Below are positions 41,580 through 50,751 of a DNA stretch of 64,000 nucleotides, in pieces; the stretch's first letter is position 1, and each line of letters starts with the position of its first letter. Position numbers and translations under genes: made by a program. Where the stretch lies: IMG/VR virus record IMGVR_UViG_3300020048_000042, positions 32,001-96,000 of that record, one strand, 5' to 3'. Origin of the DNA: a virus. The notes under the pieces were generated by a model, which searched no databases, was not told where the DNA came from, and was given only the letters and a program-made list of their open reading frames with translations.

Positions 41580-42181
41580 GCTATTGTTTGTTTAATTAAG
41601 TCGTTTAACCAGGCTTTGTTTGAAAGAGGTACGTTGTTATGCATGCAATATTTGTCACGCATAGTCATACCACTCAAGTGGCAATCCTCTTTCTCAGAAA
41701 ACATACCATTGAAGTCTTCTTCATCTGATGCAATTTCTTTTGGAAATAATTCAGGTACAGCTACAATTTCAGCATATGCTGCAGTGCTTGGTGTAGAATT
41801 TACAAGTTCCAAGTCAGAAATCTTGATAGCATAAGTTGGTGTTTCCAAAGCTGTTGAGACTTCTACATACTTTGCAGGATTCAACTTCCAATTATCATTA
41901 CTTACTAGTCTGTACAAAACTCTGTTCTTACGATCATAGTGTTCTTGATCCCAATCAAACATCTCAACATAAAAATCTTTACCTGATGATAATTCATTAG
42001 GCCAGAATCTTACGCATTCTAATCTTTCCTCTCCAAACTCTTTGCCCATGTAGCATAATTTGGCACCAAACTTTGGACTGGAGATGCCCATTGTTTTAAA
42101 TAGTGGTAGCCAAAAAGGAAGATACTCTGCTGAGATCTCTCTGATGTGCTTCTTGGACTCTGTTGCTTTAAAGCTACTCAT
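41555..42181 (-). CDS. Hypothetical protein
   Basis: 208-aa ORF in the replication operon. Confidence 0.5.
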   Translation of the reverse strand: MSSFKATESKKHIREISAEYLPFWLPLFKTMGISSPKFGAKLCYMGKEFGEERLECVRFWPNELSSGKDFYVEMFDWDQEHYDRKNRVLYRLVSNDNWKLNPAKYVEVSTALETPTYAIKISDLELVNSTPSTAAYAEIVAVPELFPKEIASDEEDFNGMFSEKEDCHLSGMTMRDKYCMHNNVPLSNKAWLNDLIKQTIAWQQKNQK

Positions 42182-42203
42182 AGTCTAAATTTTAATTAAT
42201 TTG

Positions 42204-43226
42204 TTACTTTTTTGAAAATGGTTCTTTCAACGGTTCATCTGCTTCTTCAACAGACATCTTTGCATAATCAGCTCTATACCATTGAATGCTGGTCTCTCCA
42301 AATCTATTTTTGAGAACATGCATCGCTAGTAAATACTTGTCAGAGGGAGTAATAATGTACTTCTGAGGCCCATACCTGGTTATGTTATACTTGGCTGGCC
42401 TATTGTACGCAATCATTACGTCCGCGCATTGTAAGAGATAGTCACTACCAAACACATCAGCCTCAGTTGGAAAGTTATCCAACTTACCTGGCTTTTGACG
42501 TTCAGCATTGTCAATGTCTCTATTTAACTGAGTCAAAATGATAAAAGTAACTGGGTACTTGTTCTTCATTTCAGTTAACATTGTTGCTAGATTTTGCAGA
42601 GTTATCTGCTTGTTGTTTTCTGATGCCGCTTGTTTCACCAAGAGCGTATGGTCAAGTGTCACGACCATTGGTTTTTTGAACTCACTGTAAAAACTTCTAA
42701 TGGTATCAGCCATCTGACCTACGTTCATTGATCTATCAATTACGTATTCATTTCTACCACCTTGAGCTTTTACATAGCGTTCAAGTTTTTCATAATCCCC
42801 CTTAGATAAAGGAGGCATGCCGTCATCTTCTGCAGATTGCAGGTATCTAATGTTAAGATTGTTGGACGCAGATAATTCTCTGACACCCATATTTCTTCCT
42901 AACATCTCAAATTGAAAATGTAAGACCATAAATTCTTGGTCTTTATTTAGTTCTTGCAATGATCTTGCGAGCGTTGCAGCAACTAAAGTTTTACCAACAC
43001 CTGGTCTAGCAGCAAGAACATACAAAGATTGCCACTCAATTCCATTTAACCCAATAGTGTTAAATCCTTCCCAAGAAGTTTTGAGTGACTTTATCTGTCG
43101 TCTTGCTCTTTTTGCTACATATTCAAGGCTTTCTTCTAAAATCTCACTGTACTTTCTCCAAGGTTTTGGAGCAGAAGATGGTACAGGAGATACTGATAAG
43201 ACAGTCTCTGATGGTGCTTTGTACAT
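42204..43226 (-). CDS. dnaB: DnaB-like replicative helicase
   Basis: AARPGVGKT, FQFEM, LDH, LTQLNR, GSD...D and KNRFG SF4 motifs. Confidence 0.88.
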   Translation of the reverse strand: MYKAPSETVLSVSPVPSSAPKPWRKYSEILEESLEYVAKRARRQIKSLKTSWEGFNTIGLNGIEWQSLYVLAARPGVGKTLVAATLARSLQELNKDQEFMVLHFQFEMLGRNMGVRELSASNNLNIRYLQSAEDDGMPPLSKGDYEKLERYVKAQGGRNEYVIDRSMNVGQMADTIRSFYSEFKKPMVVTLDHTLLVKQAASENNKQITLQNLATMLTEMKNKYPVTFIILTQLNRDIDNAERQKPGKLDNFPTEADVFGSDYLLQCADVMIAYNRPAKYNITRYGPQKYIITPSDKYLLAMHVLKNRFGETSIQWYRADYAKMSVEEADEPLKEPFSKK

Positions 43227-43249
43227 ACTCTAATAAAATATTTGATGAG

Positions 43250-43257
43250 CAAATATA
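43250..43257 (-). promoter_or_regulatory. Bacteroidota-type -7 promoter element TATATTTG upstream of dnaB
   Basis: Matches the TAnnTTTG consensus in an intergenic gap 24 nt before the ATG. Confidence 0.55.
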
Positions 43258-43273
43258 GTCAAAAAAAATCACA

Positions 43274-44026
43274 TCACCAAAGAATTTTGGTGGTTCCTTT
43301 CTTTTCTAACTGGTTGTTTACTTCATTGAAAACATTGTTACAATCCCATTCTTTTTCTTTTGCGTAAGCAGCAGATGCAGGATGACTTGCTCTCAATATA
43401 ATCTGGTCATCATTTAGTGATTCCTCTAGTTCTTGAGCTTTTTTACCAAGAAACACCCATATATAAGGTTGATTGTTTTCTTTGGATCGTGCATTGAGCA
43501 TATCAATGAGGTAATTTGTAAATGGTTCCCAAATGCTAAAGTGTTTTCCAATCTTTCCAACTTCAGTTGTTAGAGTTGTATTCAGCATAAGAACACCTTG
43601 GCGACTCCATTCTACAAGATCTGGATTCAAATCTTTAACATCAACCTTGTTGTTATAAACTGTTTTTGCAATAGCATTATGCATGTAGCGCAATGATGCT
43701 TCTTTCTTTCCTGTGTTTCCACAACTAAAAGAAATACCATCAGCTACTCCTAACTGTGGATATGGATCTTGTCCAACCACAATTACTTTTAACTTGTCAA
43801 GTGGACATTCTGTAAATGCCCTAAACACCATGCGTAATGGTGGTGTAAATCGTTTGTCATCTTCTACAAGGTCTTCTAATGTTCTAATGATTTTTACAAA
43901 ATCTTCAGATACTAAAAAACCTTTAAGTAGATTGTGCCATCCATCTTCAGAATCTAAAGGTTTAAGCATTTTGTACATTTTGTTTGCGACCTCTTCAGGG
44001 TCTAACTTGTTGATTGAACTTTGCAT
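43274..44026 (-). CDS. ung: Uracil-DNA glycosylase (family 1)
   Basis: VGQDPYP, GISFS, GVLMLN, VFLG and SHPAS motifs. Confidence 0.93.
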   Translation of the reverse strand: MQSSINKLDPEEVANKMYKMLKPLDSEDGWHNLLKGFLVSEDFVKIIRTLEDLVEDDKRFTPPLRMVFRAFTECPLDKLKVIVVGQDPYPQLGVADGISFSCGNTGKKEASLRYMHNAIAKTVYNNKVDVKDLNPDLVEWSRQGVLMLNTTLTTEVGKIGKHFSIWEPFTNYLIDMLNARSKENNQPYIWVFLGKKAQELEESLNDDQIILRASHPASAAYAKEKEWDCNNVFNEVNNQLEKKGTTKILW

Positions 44027-44036
44027 AAATTTTTGT

Positions 44037-44044
44037 TACCTTTG
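44037..44044 (+). promoter_or_regulatory. Bacteroidota-type -7 element TACCTTTG for the lone + strand gene
   Basis: Consensus match 23 nt upstream of ATG 44067. Confidence 0.5.
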
Positions 44045-44066
44045 AAAAAAATTAAAAACATACATC

Positions 44067-44432
44067 ATGTCAGACGAAGTAGTAAAATCTTACTTACCAT
44101 CTGGTGCAGAGGATCAAATGATTGATATCATCAAAGAAGACGCAATTTGCGACATCAAGATGAGCACTGGTTATTACAAAAGAATTCAACAAGCGATTGG
44201 ATTTATTATTGAAAATAAATCTGTTCCTGTAATTCAAAATGCTCACAAATGCATTGCTGAAAAAAAAGTTACTGAACCATGGGTTTACCATTATGAAACT
44301 CTTTTGATTCTTTGTAAAGAATTTGAAAAAGATGCACGTGCAAATGGGCATATTGAACAAATGACAATTGCTGAAGCACGCGAAGCGATGTTAAAAGCTG
44401 AAGAAAAAGCTGCATCTGAAGAATCTAACTAA
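44067..44432 (+). CDS. Hypothetical protein on the opposite strand
   Basis: 121-aa helical ORF filling a gap between - strand genes, with its own promoter-like element. Confidence 0.55.
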   Translation: MSDEVVKSYLPSGAEDQMIDIIKEDAICDIKMSTGYYKRIQQAIGFIIENKSVPVIQNAHKCIAEKKVTEPWVYHYETLLILCKEFEKDARANGHIEQMTIAEAREAMLKAEEKAASEESN

Positions 44433-44821
44433 TAAAGGTAGATACCTAAGTCATGTCCAAGTGCAATACATTCTTCTATTGCGTTGGACATTTCTTGTTT
44501 AGTGCAGATACTAAAGCTTTTAAATGATGCTGGAGTTGTTTCTGAGGCTGGTATATGTAAACCTGTTCTCTCCTTAATCAACAACTTAATTTCTTGAGTT
44601 GTATGACCAGTTGAATTTGATATTTCTCTGATAAGTGCATGCACTTTTGCTAGTTGCCCAGCTGTCTTGTCATCTCCATTGATAGCTGTGATATAAGCTT
44701 CAATTTCTTGGCCCTTTTTAGCCCCTGTAGCAAACAGTTTTAGTTTACCTGCATCTTCTTTAGACGCAGGCACTAAAGTTCCATCTGCAGCAATTATAAT
44801 TTTAATTACTACGTTATGCAT
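44429..44821 (-). CDS. NinB/YbcN-like recombination protein (putative)
   Basis: QLAKVHALIREIS...TGHT..EIK..IK and SF...TK.EMS..IE pattern. Confidence 0.45.
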   Translation of the reverse strand: MHNVVIKIIIAADGTLVPASKEDAGKLKLFATGAKKGQEIEAYITAINGDDKTAGQLAKVHALIREISNSTGHTTQEIKLLIKERTGLHIPASETTPASFKSFSICTKQEMSNAIEECIALGHDLGIYLY

Positions 44822-45920
44822 ATGTCATTGGATCTGTGTAAACAATTTTCTCTGGATCTATATCTTTCAATGCTTCAGATACCCAATCCATATCTACAGT
44901 GTCAGCATAAGCAAGTATGTGAATAGTTGCTTTTTCTTTTGGGTTTAGTCTTAATAGACGCCCTATACGCTGACTGCTTTGTCTTTCATTGCTATATGAG
45001 TGCAATATAATTCCTGACTTTAAGTTTGGAATATTCACACCTTCATTTAGTTGTTGGACACAAGCAAGTTTTGTAATGTTTCCTGATTTGAACTGATATA
45101 AATTCTCTTCACTGTCTGGATTCTTACTGTGGTAACTATTCTCACAAACCCAGTCTGCTTGCTCAGTAGTATTACAAAACACAATGCATTTGTCATGAAT
45201 CATATTCATTAATTCTTTTGCATATCGTTCCTTTGTAGGAAATGACATCAAAGCTTTCATGCGTAAGATTCTTTTCATTTGCAAATCTTTAGGACTCATC
45301 AGTCTTGACAACTGACTTGTCCAATATGCATATGCTTGCGTTTCACTGTTCATAAAGAAACCACCATCGCGTTTTTTAACACGCATAGTTTTTTCATTGT
45401 TTAGTGGCAAAACATGCACAATAATCTTATAGTCATTTAAGATTTCATCTCCAACAGCATCATTTGTGATGTAGGAATACACCATTGGACAGAAATTATT
45501 GACCATACGACCTTTCTCAGAAGTTTTATAACGTGGAGGCGTACCTGTAAGTCCTAAAATTCTTCCTGTATAAGTTGCAAGCCAATAGTCATGACTAAAT
45601 TTTAGACTGTGACACTCATCAAGAATAACAGCATCATAGTCTTTTGTTGCTTTTGCAAGCGATCTATAAGTTGTAAACTCAATATGTGGTAACAAATGTG
45701 AAAGACCATGCTTTACAGCTTCGTCTTTCCAACTTTCGTACACAGATACTTTAGGAGCAACTACTAGATACTTTTTAAACATGCAACTTACATGAATATT
45801 ATCAAGGTATTTTAATCCTATAAGTGTTTTACCAACACCCATTGAGATACCTAGACCAGCTTTACGCTTCCCCTCTATCGCTTTTAAAGCTTCTTCTTGG
45901 ATTATTTCGCGGTTTTTCAT
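44814..45920 (-). CDS. Superfamily 2 helicase
   Basis: MGVGKT, DECH, GLTGTP, LNEGVNIP and QRIGRLLR motifs. Confidence 0.88.
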   Translation of the reverse strand: MKNREIIQEEALKAIEGKRKAGLGISMGVGKTLIGLKYLDNIHVSCMFKKYLVVAPKVSVYESWKDEAVKHGLSHLLPHIEFTTYRSLAKATKDYDAVILDECHSLKFSHDYWLATYTGRILGLTGTPPRYKTSEKGRMVNNFCPMVYSYITNDAVGDEILNDYKIIVHVLPLNNEKTMRVKKRDGGFFMNSETQAYAYWTSQLSRLMSPKDLQMKRILRMKALMSFPTKERYAKELMNMIHDKCIVFCNTTEQADWVCENSYHSKNPDSEENLYQFKSGNITKLACVQQLNEGVNIPNLKSGIILHSYSNERQSSQRIGRLLRLNPKEKATIHILAYADTVDMDWVSEALKDIDPEKIVYTDPMTYA

Positions 45921-46161
45921 ACTTGTTATCTCTTTTTGGAGCTACTTTATAAAACTGAGTGTTTGTGTTTTCATCTTTTCTAAAACCTTTTTCCAATAAT
46001 GGTTTTGTTTTATCCACCCAGTACACATGAAGTAGTACTCTGTTAAATAATCTTACAATTGCATTAGGTCTTTTTGTAGACCATAATAATAATCCTTTCT
46101 CATCAAATGCATCTTTTTTAGATGTCGCACCAATGATAAAATAGCCAATAAACTTTTTCAT
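45862..46161 (-). CDS. Hypothetical protein
   Basis: 99-aa ORF abutting the HNH gene. Confidence 0.4.
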   Translation of the reverse strand: MKKFIGYFIIGATSKKDAFDEKGLLLWSTKRPNAIVRLFNRVLLHVYWVDKTKPLLEKGFRKDENTNTQFYKVAPKRDNKYEKPRNNPRRSFKSDRGEA

Positions 46162-46578
46162 TTAAACTGATTTTGTTTGTGATAAACTCATTTCTCTTGC
46201 CTCTTTGGGATGTGTTTCAACCCACATGTGACAAGCCATGCACAAAGGTATCCATGTAGTTTTGTCTAAGTAATAAAGTCCTCTACCTTTTGTGTGGTGA
46301 ACTGTTAGTTCTTGTTTGTATACATTTAAACACCCTGGTAATTTTGCTCTGCATGTAGCATTTTCTGGAAGTTCTAAAAACTCCTTACGCATCTTGCTGT
46401 ATAGTACATCAAGAATATCTTTTTTGTCAGATTTTGGTTTGATTGGTCTTTTATTTGAAGGAGATTTAGTGACCTCTTTGGAATACCAGCAGTCTTTGCA
46501 GTATTTATTTCCTTCATGATTCTTCCATATAACCTTATCAAGGTTACAACTTGCGCATTTCTTTAGTTTAACTTGCAT
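46162..46578 (-). CDS. HNH-type nuclease with Zn-binding Cys pairs
   Basis: CASC...CKDC, then C....PGC, TVHH..GR and LCMACH. Confidence 0.7.
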   Translation of the reverse strand: MQVKLKKCASCNLDKVIWKNHEGNKYCKDCWYSKEVTKSPSNKRPIKPKSDKKDILDVLYSKMRKEFLELPENATCRAKLPGCLNVYKQELTVHHTKGRGLYYLDKTTWIPLCMACHMWVETHPKEAREMSLSQTKSV

Positions 46579-46600
46579 AATTTAATTTTAGCAAGCTTTC

Positions 46601-46879
46601 TTAAACTTCTATGTTGTCAATGTCAATAAAATCACTGTCAGTTAGTTTTTCAATAATAGAAATGTCAGTCAGATCTTCTGTTGTGTCTTCATACTCAAAG
46701 TCATCATCATCACTAACATTTGATGCAGGACCATAATACAAAACGCTTATAGCAAAAGGGTCTTCAACTTGTTGACTCCAATTTACTGACTCTAACCCAT
46801 TCAGCTCTTCATCTGACATTCTTAAATATTGCTCTACTGACAACTCAATACACTTTCCATTCTTAAGTTGGAATAACAT
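46601..46879 (-). CDS. Acidic hypothetical protein (likely start MLFQLKNGK)
   Basis: Acidic ORF; TATATTTG at 46937-46944 lies upstream of the corrected start. Confidence 0.5.
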   Translation of the reverse strand: MLFQLKNGKCIELSVEQYLRMSDEELNGLESVNWSQQVEDPFAISVLYYGPASNVSDDDDFEYEDTTEDLTDISIIEKLTDSDFIDIDNIEV

Positions 46880-46936
46880 GTGCCTAGTGTTAAAATAAAG
46901 CACTAATTTAAAAACAAAAAAGTAAGAAAACTTTAG

Positions 46937-46944
46937 CAAATATA
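46937..46944 (-). promoter_or_regulatory. Bacteroidota-type -7 element TATATTTG
   Basis: Consensus match in an AT-rich intergenic gap. Confidence 0.5.
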
Positions 46945-46979
46945 AGAAAAAAAAATATATTTTGTAATATATAGCTATG

Positions 46980-47372
46980 TTAAAACTGAGCAGTGTTATA
47001 GAAGTTTTTTACAAAGTCTTTTATGCTCATTTTGACATTATCAACACCACTTCCAAAACTACTTATGGCAATTGATTGCTTTACAGTATCAATGGTGATT
47101 AACAAATTTGTGTCAACATAAAGTTGTGTTCCAATACCAAATCCTGTATCTGAATCCCAAGAATCTAATGGTATCATTCTGCAGAAAAGAAGTCTTGTTA
47201 AATAGTCAGGATCATCCCATCTTTTGTTTAATGATAACGTATTGTGAACTGTTGATACTAAGGACTTTGCAGTTTTGCTTGTGTACAAATATACTCTTCC
47301 AAAAGGACTAATTACTTCTATTTGTGCACTGTTAAGGTTGATATCTTCCATTGAAGTTACGTTTATGTACAA
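46980..47372 (-). CDS. Hypothetical protein (VYLYT...RWDDPDYL family)
   Basis: 130 aa; motif RWDDPDYLTR.LF..M recalled from other phage proteins. Confidence 0.5.
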   Translation of the reverse strand: MYINVTSMEDINLNSAQIEVISPFGRVYLYTSKTAKSLVSTVHNTLSLNKRWDDPDYLTRLLFCRMIPLDSWDSDTGFGIGTQLYVDTNLLITIDTVKQSIAISSFGSGVDNVKMSIKDFVKNFYNTAQF

Positions 47373-47504
47373 AAAAACAACATTCTATCCATGTAAATTG
47401 AATAGTCAACTTGTACTTGTAAGGATATATAAGTGGCATCTTTTCAAAGAAGATACCAAATCCAAACTTTCTAAAGTAAAATACTATTTTTGAATAAAAA
47501 TGTT

Positions 47505-47936
47505 TCATTTTCCTGTACTACCAAAACCACCCTCTCCTCTTTCAGTAGATGATAGTTCTTGCACTTCTATAATGTTAACTTTTGGAAGCTCTATGATCAC
47601 AAGCTGACCAATTCTATCACCAACTTCATACACATCACCATTTTCAAGATATCTAAACTTAAACATGATTTCTCCTCTGTAACCTGAGTCAATTACACCA
47701 ACAGAATTTGATAAATTCAATGTTGTTTTGCTTATTGAACTTCTTGGAAATATTAGACCAACATGACCTTCAGGAATCTCAAATGCTAAACCTGTTCCAT
47801 ATGTCACCATTGTGTTGTCTTTATTCCAATCTTCACTAATAGCTACTAAGTCTAATCCTGCATCACCTGGCTTTGCATATTGAGGGATAACTGCTTCATC
47901 TTGAAGCTTTTTGATTTTAAGTTCTATACTTTTCAT
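47505..47936 (-). CDS. dut: Trimeric dUTPase
   Basis: AGLDL, RSS, GVIDSGYRGE, RIGQL and RGEGGFGSTG motifs. Confidence 0.95.
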   Translation of the reverse strand: MKSIELKIKKLQDEAVIPQYAKPGDAGLDLVAISEDWNKDNTMVTYGTGLAFEIPEGHVGLIFPRSSISKTTLNLSNSVGVIDSGYRGEIMFKFRYLENGDVYEVGDRIGQLVIIELPKVNIIEVQELSSTERGEGGFGSTGK

Positions 47937-47940
47937 AAAA

Positions 47941-47948
47941 CAAATTTA
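47941..47948 (-). promoter_or_regulatory. -7-like element TAAATTTG upstream of dut
   Basis: TAnnTTTG match, but very close to the ATG. Confidence 0.35.
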
Positions 47949-48055
47949 AAAAATTTAATTAATTGTGTCAACTTTTGACGCAATAACATTATATTTGTAC
48001 AAGCAATGTTTCTGATTTTGCTTGTTCATAATGAAATATTTGATGGTTACACATT

Positions 48056-48081
48056 AAAGGGGGACGTTAAAATCCCCCTTT
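48056..48081. terminator. Bidirectional intrinsic terminator
   Basis: AAAGGGGGA-8nt-TCCCCCTTT 9-bp stem followed by a T-run. Confidence 0.75.
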
Positions 48082-48087
48082 TTTGTT

Positions 48088-48354
48088 TTAGTCAAATATG
48101 TAAGACACTGTGTTGTGAAATGGATCAAACTCCATTTGATTTGTCTTGTAGTAAACTCCTTCATTGAGTATTACTTTTGCATGCTCATCATGTGTGATGA
48201 CTGCTCCTTTTGTACCAACCTCTAGTTTAATCTGTTGTCCATCTTCTGAGAGCTTTTTATACTCAAAGATAGCCATTGATTTCATAATGTGCTTTTGTGG
48301 TTCTCCTCCTGGAGTAAGCTGCAACGTTGATGTTCTTTCCATTGTTTCTGTCAT
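48088..48354 (-). CDS. Small His-containing beta protein (HxEH family); likely start MTETMER
   Basis: GE..KH...ITHDEH..V.L..GVY...Q.EFDP motif; ATGA overlap with the upstream gene. Confidence 0.6.
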   Translation of the reverse strand: MTETMERTSTLQLTPGGEPQKHIMKSMAIFEYKKLSEDGQQIKLEVGTKGAVITHDEHAKVILNEGVYYKTNQMEFDPFHNTVSYIFD

Positions 48355-49067
48355 GATGCTGAAATTAAAAGTGATTTGTACTGTGATGCGTCCAAATGAT
48401 ATGGTGTGCATTCTTTGCTATCTGGTGATGCTTTTGCAATAATTACGTCTCCTTGTCTGTGAATATACGAAGGATTTGTGATGTTGAGTTGCACAGTCCA
48501 TGCAATTGCTTCTAAAGCATCTCCTTTTTCACCAATGTATTTTGGTACATAAATCCAATACTCACGTCCTGTAGTACTGCACCAACATCTTACTGCATAT
48601 ACAGTAGCGTTTTCTTGACGCCAAGAAGACGATTCTTCAGGAAAAAGTTTAGAACCTTGTATCTTGTAAAGTTCATACATATCTGTGATAGGCGTAGACA
48701 TTATATTGTCTTTCTCGTCCCAAGATATTCCTTGCTTATCAAGAATTGTCTTGTGAATAAGTTCTGGTTCAAGTTCTGAGAACATTTCAGCAACACCAAT
48801 TGCTTTAAAATACAATCTGCGTATCTCAACATTCTTAAGTGCAAATGCTTCTGTAGCAGTAATGTCTTCAATACTGTCCCACATTTGAAGCATGTAATCA
48901 CCTAATTCATCCATTTGCTCATGTTTGGCAGGAGCAATTATTGCACTATGAAATTCAGGAAAGGACTTGTATGTCTTTTTCCAAATCTTTAATGCACTGT
49001 CATGGTCAACTTTCATACCTTCAACAAGGAATGCTAAGTCTTTTGGTTCAATACTAATTGTTTTCAT
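48351..49067 (-). CDS. DUF6745-like protein
   Basis: I...E....KNVEIRR....IG and V.CWCSTTGREYWI.VP...A.EAIAWT motifs. Confidence 0.6.
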   Translation of the reverse strand: MKTISIEPKDLAFLVEGMKVDHDSALKIWKKTYKSFPEFHSAIIAPAKHEQMDELGDYMLQMWDSIEDITATEAFALKNVEIRRLYFKAIGVAEMFSELEPELIHKTILDKQGISWDEKDNIMSTPITDMYELYKIQGSKLFPEESSSWRQENATVYAVRCWCSTTGREYWIYVPKYIGEKGDALEAIAWTVQLNITNPSYIHRQGDVIIAKASPDSKECTPYHLDASQYKSLLISAS

Positions 49068-49737
49068 CTTCCAACATTTCTAAAAGGTTAATATGCATTG
49101 ATTTTTCTTCTACTAAATAGCCATAATACTCAAGCTCTTTAATTTTGAAAATGTAATCTTGATTTGCTTCATCTATTTCTGCGTTGTCTTTTTGAAAAAC
49201 AACATGTTGCCATCCACCATTGATATCTTCTTTTATTGCAGCTTCAAGTTTTGCAACAGATTCATTTGCTATACCTTCTTCAAGAGATTCTAAATATGTA
49301 ACCAACTCATTGCTGATAATACCATTTCTTGTGGTAACACCAATAGAAACACTACCACCATCTAAAATGTTGTCATACTCTACTTCAAGAGTGTCAAAAT
49401 AGAATCTTTTTGGAACTCTAATTTCAATATAATCCTTTTCAGATAATGGCAATGTATTGTGTTCATCTTCAGAGTAGCTATCAATACCTACAAATTCCTT
49501 TGTTTCTGGATCATATATTGCTTCTCCATTAGCTGAAAACTCTCCTGCCCATGAACCATAGTCTAATTGTTCATACATTTGGTCTATTAACCATGTAGCT
49601 TCATCACAAGAAACCTGTGAACCATCTACTTCTAAGTATACCCAGCCAGAGTCTCCTCCACCTTCCCATCTTAGAACTACCTCGCATTCTTGTGCAACTT
49701 GTGCGTCACACCAATCAATTACTTTTTGAATATTCAT
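49054..49737 (-). CDS. DUF6878-like acidic protein
   Basis: V..RWEGGGDSG N-terminal motif, G.W...GE. Confidence 0.55.
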   Translation of the reverse strand: MNIQKVIDWCDAQVAQECEVVLRWEGGGDSGWVYLEVDGSQVSCDEATWLIDQMYEQLDYGSWAGEFSANGEAIYDPETKEFVGIDSYSEDEHNTLPLSEKDYIEIRVPKRFYFDTLEVEYDNILDGGSVSIGVTTRNGIISNELVTYLESLEEGIANESVAKLEAAIKEDINGGWQHVVFQKDNAEIDEANQDYIFKIKELEYYGYLVEEKSMHINLLEMLEDENN

Positions 49738-49740
49738 GTC

Positions 49741-50127
49741 TTACTTTTTTGATGTTACATAATCTGATTTGTCTTTTGCGATATCTTGAAGAACTTTTCT
49801 TCCTTCGCCTGGTTTGTACATCCAACCAGTCATTGTCATGTTGTCAAGGTAATCCTTGATTGTAGGAATCCTTCCTAGGTCTTCCATACAATGTTGTTCG
49901 CCAATTGCTCTTACAGGTACTTTTTTACCATCAGAGTTTACAATGTATACACCAAACTCTTTCTCACACCAAAAGATACCTTCTGAGTGATGGCGTAATG
50001 CTCTATGACGCATATCTGGATAATGCATCTTTGTTTCGTCAAACCAATTGTGAATTGGTAAATAATCTTCTTCAACACCTCCCCATTTTTTAACAGAGGA
50101 AATGCTATGATGCAGTGGATGACTCAT
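49741..50127 (-). CDS. DUF6915-like His-rich protein
   Basis: MSHPLHHS.SSVKKWGG..EDY..IH.WFD, RHRALRHHSEGIF and EQHC.EDLGRIPT motifs. Confidence 0.7.
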   Translation of the reverse strand: MSHPLHHSISSVKKWGGVEEDYLPIHNWFDETKMHYPDMRHRALRHHSEGIFWCEKEFGVYIVNSDGKKVPVRAIGEQHCMEDLGRIPTIKDYLDNMTMTGWMYKPGEGRKVLQDIAKDKSDYVTSKK

Positions 50128-50746
50128 GATTTTCTTTTAAAGTGTAATCTAAATCTTCAAGTGTATATTTGTTCTCAAAGTGTTCTTTAAGAATCTTCTC
50201 ACCTGCTTCTTGAGAAAGTTGTTCTCCATCATACCAGAATTCTATCTCTTGGTATGGCACTTTTGTCTTAAACAAAGTCGTGTAAGAATGCCTTACTTTA
50301 TAGTCATTTGATTTTACAAAACAAAACAAAGGAACGCGATCATTGTCCATTGTTGTATTGACAAGCATTAACGTTTTGTTTTCAAGTCTTTCGTACAACT
50401 TGTCTAAATCTGTTTTTGAAGTGTATCTGCCATATGCCATGTAAGGGCACGCTTGTAAAGAATACTCACCACAACTTTTGTGTACTGGTAAGTCTGCAAT
50501 TGCACCTCTCTTATGAAATACAGATGCAGGACCACCAATGAACCAACTATCATCTTTTAATTCTGTACCACAAACTGAACAACACTTTGCATAAACACAA
50601 AATGCTACCTTGTTATGATCATTGATTTTGAAATGATGAGTCTCACCTTCTTTTAAAACAATAAAGGGGACATATAGCCCCCTTTTATCTTTGTCACAAT
50701 TTTCTTCAATTACTTTTGGTACAGGTATCTCTTTGAAATGCTTCAT
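50105..50746 (-). CDS. Cys/His-rich hypothetical protein
   Basis: D.RGL.VP, CSVCG, FIGGP and H..C..Y....CPY motifs. Confidence 0.55.
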   Translation of the reverse strand: MKHFKEIPVPKVIEENCDKDKRGLYVPFIVLKEGETHHFKINDHNKVAFCVYAKCCSVCGTELKDDSWFIGGPASVFHKRGAIADLPVHKSCGEYSLQACPYMAYGRYTSKTDLDKLYERLENKTLMLVNTTMDNDRVPLFCFVKSNDYKVRHSYTTLFKTKVPYQEIEFWYDGEQLSQEAGEKILKEHFENKYTLEDLDYTLKENHESSTAS

Positions 50747-50751
50747 ATCTG

